A DNA stretch of 64,000 nucleotides from Ramazzottius varieornatus (taxonomy: Eukaryota; Animalia; Tardigrada), in the NCBI GenBank assembly GCA_001949185.1, contig BDGG01000009.1, positions 919,624-983,623 on the forward strand, written 5' to 3'. The stretch's first letter is position 1. Every line of letters begins with the position of its first letter. The translations under genes and the position numbers were made by a program. Shown here in pieces: positions 37,367-49,128 of this stretch. The notes beneath the pieces are model-generated. The model did no database searches, was not told where the DNA came from, and worked only from the letters and a program-made list of their open reading frames with translations.

Positions 37367-38112
37367 CGCAAGTCTGTTCTTTCGTCTTTTGTTTGTTTTA
37401 ATAATACTCGAAGGACTCTCCTTTCTGGGGCCTTTCGGTGATTATGCCATTTCATACTGTTCATGGTTCTTTTTCCACATCCTTTCAATGTTTGCCAAGT
37501 ATTTGCTCTGGAGCTCCGATTGAATGCTACCGTCCTTGTACATTTTCGCTCGAATGAATGTGGTAATATTTGCTCCGTTGAAAATGTGTTTCTTTCAAAA
37601 GCTAGTTGTTCCCACAACACACTCTAATCCCCACATTCTCTTTTGACGCTCGAGTAGCCTCAGAAAGCCAGCATCTGCAGGCTGATGAATGTTTAATTTG
37701 GCTTTCCTCCATAGATTTCACACTGGATGACTCCGCCCAAGCTTACAAGCAGCTCTTATGATAAGCAGGTCTTTCTGGCGCGAACTCGTCGTAAGTCACT
37801 GGGGCGGGCTCTTCCTTGAGAAGAGCAACCAGGAAGTTGAGTATAGTGGATTTCGTGACAGTAGAGCGAAATAGGCTGCAATCTGTGCGCCAAAGATTCA
37901 TGAAGAAATTTGTGGCGGGCGACAGGATGAAGAATAGGGGGTGGGTCGCTGCGTGCAGGACAAGTCGCTGCGTGAACAAAGACACGGCGAGAAAAACGGC
38001 CTTTTAAAATGAATGTGAAGCCTGTCTCAACCGGTGCAGTCATCCATCACTGACGCCAAATTCGTGCCGATGCTCAACTCCTTGTCACATCCCACATTGC
38101 TGTTCTTGCAGA

Positions 38113-38318
38113 CGGGACGTCGGCAAATGATTTCACCCAGATCGTTTTTCCCAAGTGGCGCACACTTCAAGCCCATCACAATGAAACAATGCGCCACTTT
38201 GCCAAACTAACTCGACCACATCGCTTTTTCAAGTGGCGCACGCTCTCAGCCAAGACCAACGAGAACGTGCGCCACTTGAGTTGAAGATGACGGGTGAAAC
38301 TAACCGCCGACGTCCCAG
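38113..38318. repeat. Palindromic element, 2 cores, upstream of GTPase A (possible 5'UTR intron)
   Basis: gggacgtcggc ... gccgacgtccc arms. Confidence 0.88.
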
Positions 38319-38633
38319 ATGCTTCCAGTCTTTCCAGTTGAACCAACTAATTCTTGCACTCGATCCTGGGCGTCGCGGACTGACAGCGCCGCTAGCGTGT
38401 ACACACGCTCTGGTTCAATCAGTTCTCGCTCGAAAGGCAATTCGAAAGGACTTGCGCTCGAATTCATCTCCTCACTTGACTATGTGTTCCTTTGTAGGTA
38501 CTTGAAAGTGTATCAAGTCTCTCAGTTCTGGCTTTCACCTTTTCCGCCCCTAGGACTCTTCACTTATGCCTTTCCGGATATTACAAACCCATCTTGATCT
38601 GTTGATCAGACGGCTCATTTCTCTGGAGTTTGA

Positions 38634-39788
38634 ATGAACCGGACGAAGGGAACCGCAGCGGCAATTATACCGGAACCGGAATGCTTACCTCAGATGACCA
38701 TCTTGGTTCTTGGTTCTCCAGCTTCAGGTGCGCAGTCCACAGCCTCTTCTGACGATTTGTTCTAGTGGATCATAGTGATGATCTATGCAGAATACTGTAT
38801 AATAATCTCCTTCGCATAATCAGATGGAAGGCCGGTAAGCAAAGCGTTCAAAATGTTTTCCCAAGTCGCGCAAGCTCATCACTAGTAACAATACAAAAGT
38901 GCGCCACTTGGAAAATGATCTGGCACGCTACGTTTACCGGCCGTTGAAACCAGAGTTCCACCCGCAGAGTGTCTCGACATGCCAGATATACTGTATTTCA
39001 TCAATTTACCGTTCTCTTTTCAGAATAATGATAAACTAATACTACCACGTTATTCGATATGAAGAGTTCCCGGATTTTCTCTGCCACAGTGTCACATTTT
39101 CCCGTGAATTTTATTAAGTTTTAATCTGTTTTGAACTTGTGGATTTTCAGGGAAGTCTCAGGTGATTAGCCAGTTCGTCAATTGTGATTACACGGAAACG
39201 TATCATCCGACGCAGAGCCTAAAAACCCACTACGCTACTGCGAGCTTCAACGAGCGAGTTTACCCACTGGCCATCGTGGACCTGCCGCACACATGGCGGA
39301 ACGGTTCCAAAAGTCCAGTGCAAAACTACGAGTCCATAGCGGCAGATGCCTACATCTTCGTCATCGATGTTACAAGTGAAGATTCATTTGGCTATGTCCG
39401 TCGATTGAGGGACCAAATGGTGGAGACTTCTGAAGGACTGCGAAGCAGGCGGGCCGGAAGTAACGCTTTCCACCCCAGCGGTAACTCCAGTAGCACAGGT
39501 GGCAGCGCTTTGGCTATCCCCTTGGTCGTCATGGGCAATAAGTACGATCTCCTCTTCGCCGCCGGCGGGCATTTATCCCGACGCTACACGGAAATGGTCT
39601 ACATGATCAAGAAACACTGGGCAGCCCACTATGTGGAGTGTTCAGCCAAAAGCAACTGGCAAGTTCTTCTGGCCTTCAAAACTTTGACGAAATTGATTGA
39701 TACCAAACTATATGGCAACCAGTCTGGTTCAGGAGTTCTTCTGATGCCGAGTACCATATTGAAAAAGAGTCGCTGTATTACCTGCTGA
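38634..39788 (+). CDS. RASL10: RASL10-like small GTPase, copy A; exons 38634-38727, 39151-39788
   Basis: Spliced P-loop LGSPASGKS, atypical G3 DLPH, AYIFVIDV..SFGYV, GNKYD, WAAHYVECSAKSNW, C-terminal CITC. Confidence 0.8.
38823..38943. repeat. Palindromic element, GTPase A intron
   Basis: ggccggtaagc ... gtttaccggcc. Confidence 0.85.
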
Positions 39789-39894
39789 ATAATTCCTCTA
39801 AGATTTTGCTAATCTCGTCACAACTTTTCATAAAGGTTTCTTGAAAGTTTTTTGTTGTCGGCGGTTTCTCCGATCTCATGTTTCCAGCTGCATA

Positions 39895-39995
39895 CCGAGA
39901 CTGAAGCGGTGCTGTACATTCCACTGCAGGTGGCGCACGAGGCGAAGCTCCGCACAAGCGCACCGGACGTTTTTCTCTGCGAATATCGGTTTGCG
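39895..39995. repeat. Palindromic element, degenerate, between the convergent GTPases
   Basis: aggtggcgcac..gcgcacc core. Confidence 0.55.
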
Positions 39996-40254
39996 TCGTC
40001 TGGTAAAATCAATCGAAATTGATTATAAGATCGTATCACACAAAGTAAGGACTATAGAGAATTTGGAGACAAGTTTTGGAAAACATTAAAGTACGATCTG
40101 GTAGTAACGCAATGCGTAGTACACACTGGCCAGAATAATTTATCCAATAGGCAAATAAATTAACACGCTATCATTCGTGCATGCAACAGACCCCGGGAAC
40201 CACATTAACTATGGCTCGCTAGGCTTTCTGGAGCCATTCTGGCAACAATAAGGC

Positions 40255-40310
40255 ACTTGAGCAAGTGGAAAGTCGTTCCAGGATGTGCCACTTGATACGA
40301 TAGCGTGGCA
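40255..40310. repeat. Palindromic element remnant just 3' of GTPase B
   Basis: caagtgg..gtgccacttg with shortened spacer. Confidence 0.5.
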
Positions 40311-40320
40311 ATCTTCCCTC

Positions 40321-42526
40321 TCACTGAATGTTGCATTTGTGGCTTTTGAAGGTCCGTCGAATGTGGAAACCATCGGAATGATGAGCTCGAGCCCGAGCCG
40401 CGGCTGATTGTTCGATCTGGTACTGTTCGATGATGGAATGAAAGAGTCCGACAATATGGAAATTCTTCTTTGCCGAACACTGCAATCGAGGAGAAAAAAG
40501 AAATCAGAGGAACTGTTGTAGAGCTCGGCAAAGAAAGCCGACCAGAACTTCCCAAGTGGCGCACCCTTCCAGTCAATGACACTGAGAAGGTGCGCCACCC
40601 GATCCAAGTGGTGCACCTTTTCAGTGTTGTTGGCTGGCGTGGTGCGCCACTTGGTTGTGGCTGAATTCACTAGCCGCGACGTCCCAATGTATAATACTAG
40701 TGTTGACGCTTCTTGTTACGCCGACGCTCTATGCTTTCTTTGTGAGCCCATTAAAGTTGTCCCAGTCTGTGCCACACCCAGAGAACCAGCCTAGGGAAGG
40801 GAAGGGAAGGGAAGGGAAGGGAAGGAAGTACGAGTAACCCCTTGTCTGGCACAAAATCACTTTCTGTGTTAGCACACAAAAGCGCCTCTTGACAACTTCA
40901 AGAGCCGGCACAAAAATCGATCCTGACAGGAAAATATCAACACAAAGTTGATCCGACAGAAAATCTCCCAGGCAAAGCTGACTCTGCTGCATGCGGCAAA
41001 AACTAATGCAGATGAAAAAAAATTACACGAACAGCCAGATAATCTCGAAAGCCGGCAAACGAAATGTACAGCATCGCCGTTCAAGTGGCGCACATTTTCG
41101 TTGTTATTGCTAAGACGGGTGCGCCACTGGCTGTAACAATCTGTGTGTTTTGCTGGCCAGCCTCCTGTTGAGCGCCGCCAAAAAAGACGCGACACATGAC
41201 CTTACCTCAACATAAGGAAGCTTCCATTGCTTCTGTACCTATAATTATAAGATAACAATATTAATTTCATCATGCGTGTCTTCCGATTAAGACCATAAAT
41301 AGACCGGTTTTATTCATAGAGAGAAATTAGTACTGTTATATCTGAGAGAATATTCAGTAGTAGGTGAACCCGAATGTTTTCCACAATTAGAAAAGTTCAA
41401 ATATTCAAAAGCCCGAAGCCTTGAAGTATAGAGTTCAACAAGGCGTCAGATAGAACGTCGTTCAAGCGTGTGGGCATGTCACGAGAGGCCCGGGATGGAA
41501 GCCTCATGAGGTGCTCAGCACGAGAGACCTCCCGGCTGGCTGGCACGCTCGACTTGAGCGGCGGACTTACAATTTGGGCTACATCGGATCGATTCAGCTG
41601 ATATGAGAGGTCGACTTTGTTTGCGGCGATGAATATCAACGCCGACGATGTTGATGGATGATTAATTAGCTGATCCCGGATGGTGCGAACAAATTCAAAG
41701 CTGTGAAGATGGGCGCTGACATCAAAAACAAGCACGTATGCAGCAGCGGTCACATCGAACGACAGCCATGAATTCCAGGAACCGGCGGAACCCACTGGAA
41801 CTTCCGTTACCGGCACATCTGTAATAAAGGACGACTTCCTTCAGCATATTTGACAAAAACGTTATGCCAACACCATGTGATCGTCTGATCTTTCCCATTG
41901 ATCGAATTACCAGTTGACTGGAAAAGACAACATCAAGGTATGGAAAATAACTGCCCGAAAAACCCAAATGGGAACTCGGCGCGCAAACTCGACCAGAGTG
42001 GTGCACACTTTCAGCATTACTGGGTGGTAGCTTGCGCCAATTGGAAAAGCGATCCTGTCGAGTTTGATGGTTTTCCGAAGTGGCGCACATGCTCAATGTT
42101 ATTGGCTGTAAGCGTCCGCCACCAGGAAGACTGATCTTGTTCGTTTGCCGAGCTTCCATGCCAAAAGTGTTCCAGTTGGTGTCGGTGCAAAGTTGTGGCG
42201 TGTGCCAACATTAGAGGCTTACCCACAAGTTTTACCGCCCAATGCGTGATCCTTTGCGTGTTCGTGTCAAAGGTAAGTATGGTCTTGAAGTAGCTGGTCT
42301 TTTTCTCTGTAGGCTCATATTGTTCCTCGAAGTCTTGACCGTTTCCCACAAATTGTTTGATAATACTGGTCTTGCCACAACATGCCGAACCCAGCACGAC
42401 AATCTTGAAAGCTTGCGAATGGACATGTCCATCACATTCCTGGTTGGTCGATGTGCCTTCGGTGGTGGACGATTGATTGGTCGTTGCTTCCCGGACGAAC
42501 GCGCGCAAATCAGCTGCAGTCGGCAT
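40321..42526 (-). CDS. RASL10: RASL10-like small GTPase, copy B; exons 42526-42223, 41818-41571, 41238-41206, 40479-40321
   Basis: LGSACCGKT, G3 DVPV, AYVLVFDV..SFEFVRTIRDQL, ANKVD, WKLPYVE/CSAKKNFHI, C-terminal CNIQ; all joins GT-AG and in phase. Confidence 0.82.
40520..40655. repeat. Palindromic element, 2 cores, GTPase B intron
   Basis: Left arm plus two closely spaced cores. Confidence 0.85.
40794..40828. repeat. (GGGAA)n microsatellite
   Basis: About six gggaa units in the last intron of GTPase copy B. Confidence 0.9.
41048..41165. repeat. Palindromic element, GTPase B intron
   Basis: Arms plus one core. Confidence 0.82.
41968..42159. repeat. Palindromic element, 2 cores, GTPase B intron
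   Basis: atgggaactcggc ... gccgagcttccat. Confidence 0.88.
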
Positions 42527-43539
42527 TTTTGAGTCCTAATTGGAAACGACGGCTAGTTATTCTTATTCTCTCATTTGCCAGAACTCTTTGCAGCATTCTC
42601 TGGTCCGAGCCAGCGTAACCTGCAAGAAAAAAGGGTTAAAGAAACGGTGGTTGGATTTTTCTGAAACGTTTCGAAGAGCAGGAAAGCATCGACGGGACTA
42701 CACCAGCTAATATGGCTCATACCAGGAAGGAAGGGATAGTTTGAGACGCGCAGTGAATTGGCACTTAACAGATCGTTATCTTGATGGGAATGAAAGGAGG
42801 AACAAAATGAACTTCCGGTTATTAAGAAAGGAGGTTATGGCTAACAGTGCTTGACCGGGCTTTATGAGCAACTAAGTGCGGTAAGGATGTTGACGATAGG
42901 CTTGATACGAAGCATTTCAAACGCCGTTGAACCAAGATGTATCACAGCGTTCGCATCAGGCAAGAGTGCAAAGCCATAAAGAAGTCTTCCCGCGCGGGTT
43001 TCCGACTGGCGAGGAGAAACATGAGCCGGGTGTAGAGGGCGACAATCAACTCTCAACAGCCGCGAGCTTACCGAACTTCGTTCTGTGGTCGATGAAAGGG
43101 CAAAAAGGAAGGAGGATTGAGGCGAGTGGAAATGAGATTTGCGGGAATCATTCGGGATTCACACACACAAGTTTTTTCGTGCCTCATTAGCCATTCACTG
43201 AGCGGTCTACACTTCCTGTGCGCAACTAACTGCGTTACGCTACTGATCGAGGGAATACTCCATAACAAAGCCGGAAAGACGGGGTGGATCTTCAATGGAA
43301 ATCATCTTTCCGCGTGTTATAGGGACAAAACGCACGTTCCTCGGCCGGGCGATCAGCCAGGGCAGCTACCCAGGGATCACATTCGGTGGGCGGGAAGGCT
43401 CAGAAAGGTCCACAATGCGCAAGCTGGAATAACAGACGTTGGGAGGGTGAAGGGTACTCTGTGGGTCCTCGTCTATCACTCCTATTCCCACAATCTCCAC
43501 ACCCTATTCCATCGTCCTGCGACGCGAAAACATCTTCTG

Positions 43540-43650
43540 GGAGTTGAGCAAACGAGCTCGACCGGGTCGTCCTCACAAGTGGCGCATACTTCCAGCCAAT
43601 ATAACCGGGAATGTGCGCCACTTAGCGAAACGCTTAGATCGTCGTTGATG
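43540..43650. repeat. Palindromic element upstream of GTPase B (possible 5'UTR intron)
   Basis: Left arm plus core. Confidence 0.82.
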
Positions 43651-44279
43651 TGATGCCATCTGAGAAAGACAGCGGGATGGCTTCGGTATCTCGAATTCGC
43701 TTGCACATTAGCAGCTCAAGTTGCCTCTTGGACGACACCATCAGAAGGTCCCCAAGAGTTCCAGACAATCATGGGCTCTCCACTTTCACTCTAACACTGT
43801 TCTGGCCAGGCCTCAACAAATAACCGCACAGCCCCATTTATAGTCGATACACCACCATTTCCGCAAGGAATTTGTCACTACCATCTGCTAATGATCAAAA
43901 GCCATTTGGATTTAACAACCCAAACTTCAGCCCCCGCGGCGCTGTAACCTTTAGCCAGATTAATAGCTTGTGGGTTTGAACAGGACTTCACACTTTCCGC
44001 CGCATCCTTTTCCTCCACTCAATTTGCCTAATAAGCTCCATTTAGAAAATCAGTTTCCCGTCGATCGACAGCGCTGATGGCTGGGGAGATTACACTTCTA
44101 AGGTTCTTAGGTGCAATAACTGCAGCAAGCATTTGTGGAGCTGCAGCAAGGACCGCCGATGTGATCCCAAAGCCCACAGCAGCCACACCTTGTTTACGTT
44201 GGGCAACTTGCTGCAATCAAACTTGGGGCAATCAAGCACAGATCCCGCAAGACCGCGGTGACGTCAGGCGTCGGATCGT

Positions 44280-44303
44280 CGGAAGTTTCACTGCGACTTC
44301 CGG
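44280..44303. promoter_or_regulatory. Paired ETS-type motifs upstream of TAF8
   Basis: CGGAAGT at 44280 and ACTTCCGG at 44296. Confidence 0.45.
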
Positions 44304-44457
44304 TCGGAACGATCTTATTATCTTATTTTTTCATTGCCACCTGTGCTGCATCTTCCTCTCTCACCTACCTTTGCAGGTATCGTTGACTCCATCTGGAACG
44401 TGGAGCAGCGTAGATTACGGCGTTTGCCGAGAAGGTCTGCCTTGACGGTTGAACATC

Positions 44458-45634
44458 ATGGTGACAGCAGAGGATGCTCCGAACACTGGAGCAGCAAGTC
44501 TGGACAATAGCATCTCTTCCGCTCTGCGATCCGTAGTCTCCTGTATCATGTTGGAGAATGGCATAGAAGAAGTCGATGATGCTTCGTGTGCAGCAGTACT
44601 GGAACAAGTCCTACACAAGTTCATCAGCAAGAACGCAGCGCTCACACAAGCTTTTGCAGAGCATTCCATGAGATCACAGGCTCACTTCTCCGACGCTGTC
44701 ATGGCCCTTGCCTTCTCTGGAACGGACATAGCCGGCTTGAAGAATCACTTTAAAGAATACAGATATCCCGCCCTTCTTCAGGGAGTGAAGCTTATACCGG
44801 AAACGGCAGCTGCACAACCTTCTCCAACTGTCTTCCAGGTAGGATCATTGCTCGTTAGTTATTGTAGTTGATCGATACCCCGTGAGGTAGCTCGGTCACC
44901 CAGTCAAACTGGCCAGAGTTATACGCCGTGCGTGGGGGTGTCTGACTTGCTCAACTTGGCTCCGCTTGTCAGCTACTTGCCTCCGCTTGTCAGCTACTTG
45001 CCTCCGCTTGTCAGCCACGGTTTTCCTATTGCAGAGTGGAGAGCGCAAGAAGCTTCCGAAATATATTCCGGACTACTTTCCTCCGATGCCCAGTGTTTAC
45101 ACCTTCGAGTCCACACCTGTTCAAAAGCAAACGCACACGGAATACAGACAAGTCCGGGACAAGTACGCACTGGAGCGGCGTCAGATTGAGGACTGCCTGA
45201 TCGCCTTCCATCTTCGCGTAGCACCACCTCTACTGGAATCGCCCTTCCAACTAGCGGATAACCCACGCTTCTCCCTCCTTCCAAGCCATTACGGGATTGA
45301 TGGTCCTGCTTACTTGTCAGCCTTAGTCCCGTCCAAGTTCGAAGATCGTCGTCGAGAAGAAGTCACACGGTCACCGGAGAAGGAGCAAGAAGTCCATGAC
45401 AAGAAGAGGGAGCGAGAAGACGACGAAACGATGAGCATCAGAGAAAGTGAAGCCAACCCGCGCAAGTATCGCAAACACAATCCTCATTCGAAGAAGCTTG
45501 CCGGTGAAAAGAGGCCAAAGATGTCGTCCAAGAACAAGCCGAGTGCGAAAGGCACTCGTCGCCCCGACAGGGAAGACTTGCACGATGACCAATCCAACTC
45601 AACTTTTAGTGCTGTAATGTCACCTGGTCAATAA
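44458..45634 (+). CDS. TAF8: TFIID subunit 8; exons 44458-44838, 45035-45634
   Basis: Histone-fold N-terminus (AFAEHSMRS..DAVMAL), PKYIPDYFPPMPSVYTF..TP, EYRQVRDKYALERRQIEDCLIAF. Confidence 0.9.
44960..45015. repeat. 21-bp tandem repeat in the TAF8 intron
   Basis: ctccgcttgtcagctacttgc x~2.6. Confidence 0.85.
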
Positions 45635-45687
45635 AAGCCCTCTTCTGTATCTTTTTCTCGCTTTTCTCTAACTCTTGAAATCAGACG

Positions 45688-45870
45688 GGTGCTCGGCAAA
45701 CAAACCCGACCAGATTATTTTCTCAAGTGACGCACTTTGTCAGTCTTACGGGCTAACAGCGTACGCCACTTGGAAGAACGAGCTTGTCGAGTTTGTTGGT
45801 TGTCCGAAGTGGCGCATGTTTGCGTTGTTATTCGCTGGAAATGTGAGCCACTTAGGAAAAACGCCCATTT
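45688..45870. repeat. Palindromic element, 2 cores, between convergent TAF8 and TMEM70
   Basis: Cores at 45725 and 45807. Confidence 0.88.
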
Positions 45871-45915
45871 TATACAGTAAAACGGTCCAGAAAATAAGGA
45901 ACAACGACAGAATGT

Positions 45916-46641
45916 TTACGCCTTGTCTTTACTGCCAAACTGCGGTCCATTGATGATGTCCATGGGTTTATCATAGCCCATCAGTTTGATATAAGCTTCC
46001 TTACTCCGGAACTCCGGAGGGTTAATGAAGAAAGATTTTTTCGTCCCATCAGGTAGGGTAACAGTGAAACTAGTGAACATGCCAGGTATCGCCGGGACTT
46101 GAACGTCTTCGCCCGAGAACCCAGTGAACTGTTTCCTGGGAAGAAACTTGAACGTGACTGCGTTGAAATTCTCCGTATCGGGATCGTAGTACATACGCAG
46201 GACGTACTGACGAGCTAATGCATGGATCAACAAGGGCGTGACGAAGACGAAGAAGCCACAAAAGGCCTCAATGAGAACTTTAGCGAAGACAGGAAACTGG
46301 TCCATCCTGTTTAGCAGCTCTGGTTGTAGCGCGATGCCCAAGATGCTGGACAGGAAGGAGATGTACTTTGTCCGGGTGATCTGGTTGGAGATGGAACCGA
46401 CGTAGACCAGTTGCCCCAGTTCGCGTTCGTCAGCCGGGATGTCGACAGGCTTTTCCACGTGCATTTCCATATCCATCGGCGTTGGTTCTGCCAGCTTCCG
46501 CTTCTGGGCTATCACGGTCGTTGCACCAAATGCGCGACACACAACTTGCTGCATGAGTGATTTCCGACGAAGAGAGGAGTATCCGCTGTAGTCTTTCAAG
46601 AGCGATGGACGTAATAGAATTCCGCGCCGAAGAGCAGCCAT
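45916..46641 (-). CDS. TMEM70: Mitochondrial ATP synthase assembly factor TMEM70, single coding exon
   Basis: Basic presequence, LVYVGSI..KYISFLSS, FFVFVTPLLIH..YVLRMYYDP, DVQVP..MFTSF, YIKLMGYDKP. Confidence 0.9.
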   Translation of the reverse strand: MAALRRGILLRPSLLKDYSGYSSLRRKSLMQQVVCRAFGATTVIAQKRKLAEPTPMDMEMHVEKPVDIPADERELGQLVYVGSISNQITRTKYISFLSSILGIALQPELLNRMDQFPVFAKVLIEAFCGFFVFVTPLLIHALARQYVLRMYYDPDTENFNAVTFKFLPRKQFTGFSGEDVQVPAIPGMFTSFTVTLPDGTKKSFFINPPEFRSKEAYIKLMGYDKPMDIINGPQFGSKDKA

Positions 46642-46827
46642 CTTCAATTGTTAGAATGTTAGTCCGAACCCAGTCGAATGATCACGGACCTGAAAAGTTG
46701 AGTGACGGTAAAAGGTTCAAGTCCAATGCTAGGATAATCAGTAGATACAATGCGCAACAGTTTACTGGATGATGGTCAGATAATATTTTGTATAGATGCT
46801 GTCAGATGGAACGTGGAAGTTACCGAG

Positions 46828-46842
46828 ACTTCCGGCGGAAGT
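46828..46842. promoter_or_regulatory. Inverted pair of ETS-type motifs in the TMEM70/EIF3K divergent interval
   Basis: ACTTCCG-G-CGGAAGT; a further ACTTCCGGAAG at 47340. Confidence 0.5.
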
Positions 46843-47362
46843 TGAATACGTCTTGTATAGTAGACCTCAAGGACAAAAGGTGCTGCTTCGCTGAACAAGG
46901 AAGAGATAAACTGGGTTATGAGTACGACGGCTGAGAAAATGCTCCAACATTTAGAGAGCCGAACTACGAGAACTACCTGTAGAGCACAAAAAAGACTTTG
47001 ATCTTTTCCTGATTCTTTTCGCCATTTCCAGAAATTTTAGCAAATTCATCCCAATCGACGTTCGCACAATTGCGATATTTGCGATTGTCAAGTTTTATTT
47101 TATTTTCACCTTGTTTAATCAACAAATCGACCCACCAATTCATGAGTGATCCCGTCGATGCTGGTCCTACTGTGACTGTAAGAGCTCTGTGCCTCTGTCT
47201 ATTCCGATTTCCCAATTCCCGATTCCAAGCCTCCGGTTTTTTATTTGCCTGCTGCTTTTGTCTACCCTGTTCGTCTGCGCTCTGGATTACACGTACCACT
47301 TTTAGGACACAAAGCGGGAGTGTGGTTGTATCTAGCCGAACTTCCGGAAGCTAGGAGGAGAC

Positions 47363-48848
47363 ATGGCGAACCGTGGTATGAACCATTCCCTACAGTCCCT
47401 GAAAACGGACATTGCTAAGATCAACCAGTCTGGAATCGACAAGTGAGTAGTCGGCATCTCACGGTCTGGTTTGGTGGTGTTGAACATTGTCGGTGAGGAT
47501 GGTATCGAACTCTACTGCTCACAGGTACAACCCTCACAATTCCCGACTGATGGAAGAGTACGTGGACGCTCAAGCGATGGAGAACGACTACGACCTGGAA
47601 GCAAATCTTCTACTATTGAAACTGTAAGTCCGAGAATAAGTCGGCGCGTGGTGCAGAATGTGGGACTAACCTCGTGGGCACTACCGAAACGCGTGTCCGT
47701 TGTTGTTATGCTAAAGGTGGAGGTTGACTGCTCGGCAGACGAAGTCAACAAGAACGTTCTCTCAAGCGGTGCAGGTGGGCAGTGCTATTGGGTGGAAGCG
47801 TGCGCTACTTGGGAAAACGATCTTGCCGGGTTTAGCTGTTTTCCCAAATGGCGCACTTTGCAGTGTTGGTGGCTCCAAACGTGCGCCACTTGGAAAAATG
47901 ATCTTGTCGCGTTTGTTTGCCGAACTCTCGTATGTGCTTCAGCAGGGGGAAAGTCTAGATGGTTTGAAAATGCTGTTTGTGTTTTTCCAGGTATCAGCTC
48001 AATCCGGTCGGATATGCTGGACCTCGGGCCTCTTTTGTGACGAAGATATTGCTGAAAGCCCTGATGCAACTACCGAAGAACGACTTTCAGATTTGCAAAG
48101 CTCTGATGGAGCCGGAGCTTGTAAGTCAGACCACTCTGCACCAGTTGAAATAGCCATTCTTGCGATGTTACAACCTTCCCTAATAGCTTTAATTTTCGTT
48201 TATAGATGCGAGTAATCAAGATTCAGGATGTTATGAGACTAGCCACAATACTGGAGACCTGCCGGTTTGAATTCTTCTGGGTACTATCCACTATACAGCA
48301 AACAGTTTCGCTTTACATTATCCGAAACAGCTGAACATGCTATCGGTGCTTATACTCTGTTGGGATATTGCAGGAAGAGCTGCCCAAATGCAGGGATACG
48401 CTTTCTGGAGTGGAGGGCTTCGATGCTGCCATCCAGAACTGTGAGCCCTTTCTTTCAATACGCTTACAATAACTTCTGTACTAACACTGACTTGGCCATT
48501 TCCAACAGATATCTGTTCGGTTGTGGAGAGAAGTAATCAGTCCATATACGAACGTCAACTGAACGCCTACTTGGGAAAACTTCCATGTAAGATGCGCCGA
48601 CCCGGCAGCTGTCATTTTCAAAGTTTCACTCGGTCGTTTTGACTGTTTGTGTGTTTCACTGAACGTTCTTGTGTCGGCCCACAGCTGACAGATTTAGACG
48701 CTTGGTGGAGGAAAGAGGCTGGAAGTTCGCAGGAAACGGCGTGATCTTCATCAGAGACCAGACTTCCAATGTCAAACCGAGAAAGATCGTGGAAACCATC
48801 GACTTTGCCGACGTTGCCACCATCCTCTCCGCTGCGGCTCGATCATAA
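47363..48848 (+). CDS. EIF3K: Translation initiation factor 3 subunit K, multi-exon
   Basis: GIDK/YNPHN, YVDAQAMENDYDLEANLLLLKLYQLNP, ILLKALMQLPKNDF, LETCRFEFFW, NVKPRKIVETIDF. Confidence 0.93.
47636..47928. repeat. Palindromic element, up to 3 cores, EIF3K intron
   Basis: Cores at 47764 and 47846 plus a decayed unit near 47670-47720. Confidence 0.82.
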
Positions 48849-49128
48849 GGTCTGACAGCGTCTGGAAGATAACTTTTGTTTAGTAGTATACTTCTATCTG
48901 AGTTTAACATGAATATTCCACACGAAACATTTCGACGTGACGAAACACCTCTTTTTATGATGTTGGGCTTTATACTGTTGTGGGAATATTAACGTCGGAC
49001 CCGTACAATAATCGCCATGAAAACCGACTTGAAACGACAAGAATTTGAGGCTAGAATAGTCTTTGAAAATTGAAACGCAAAAAGTGGAAACCGTGAATAC
49101 CATGATGGTTGGACAAATTTCAGACATG

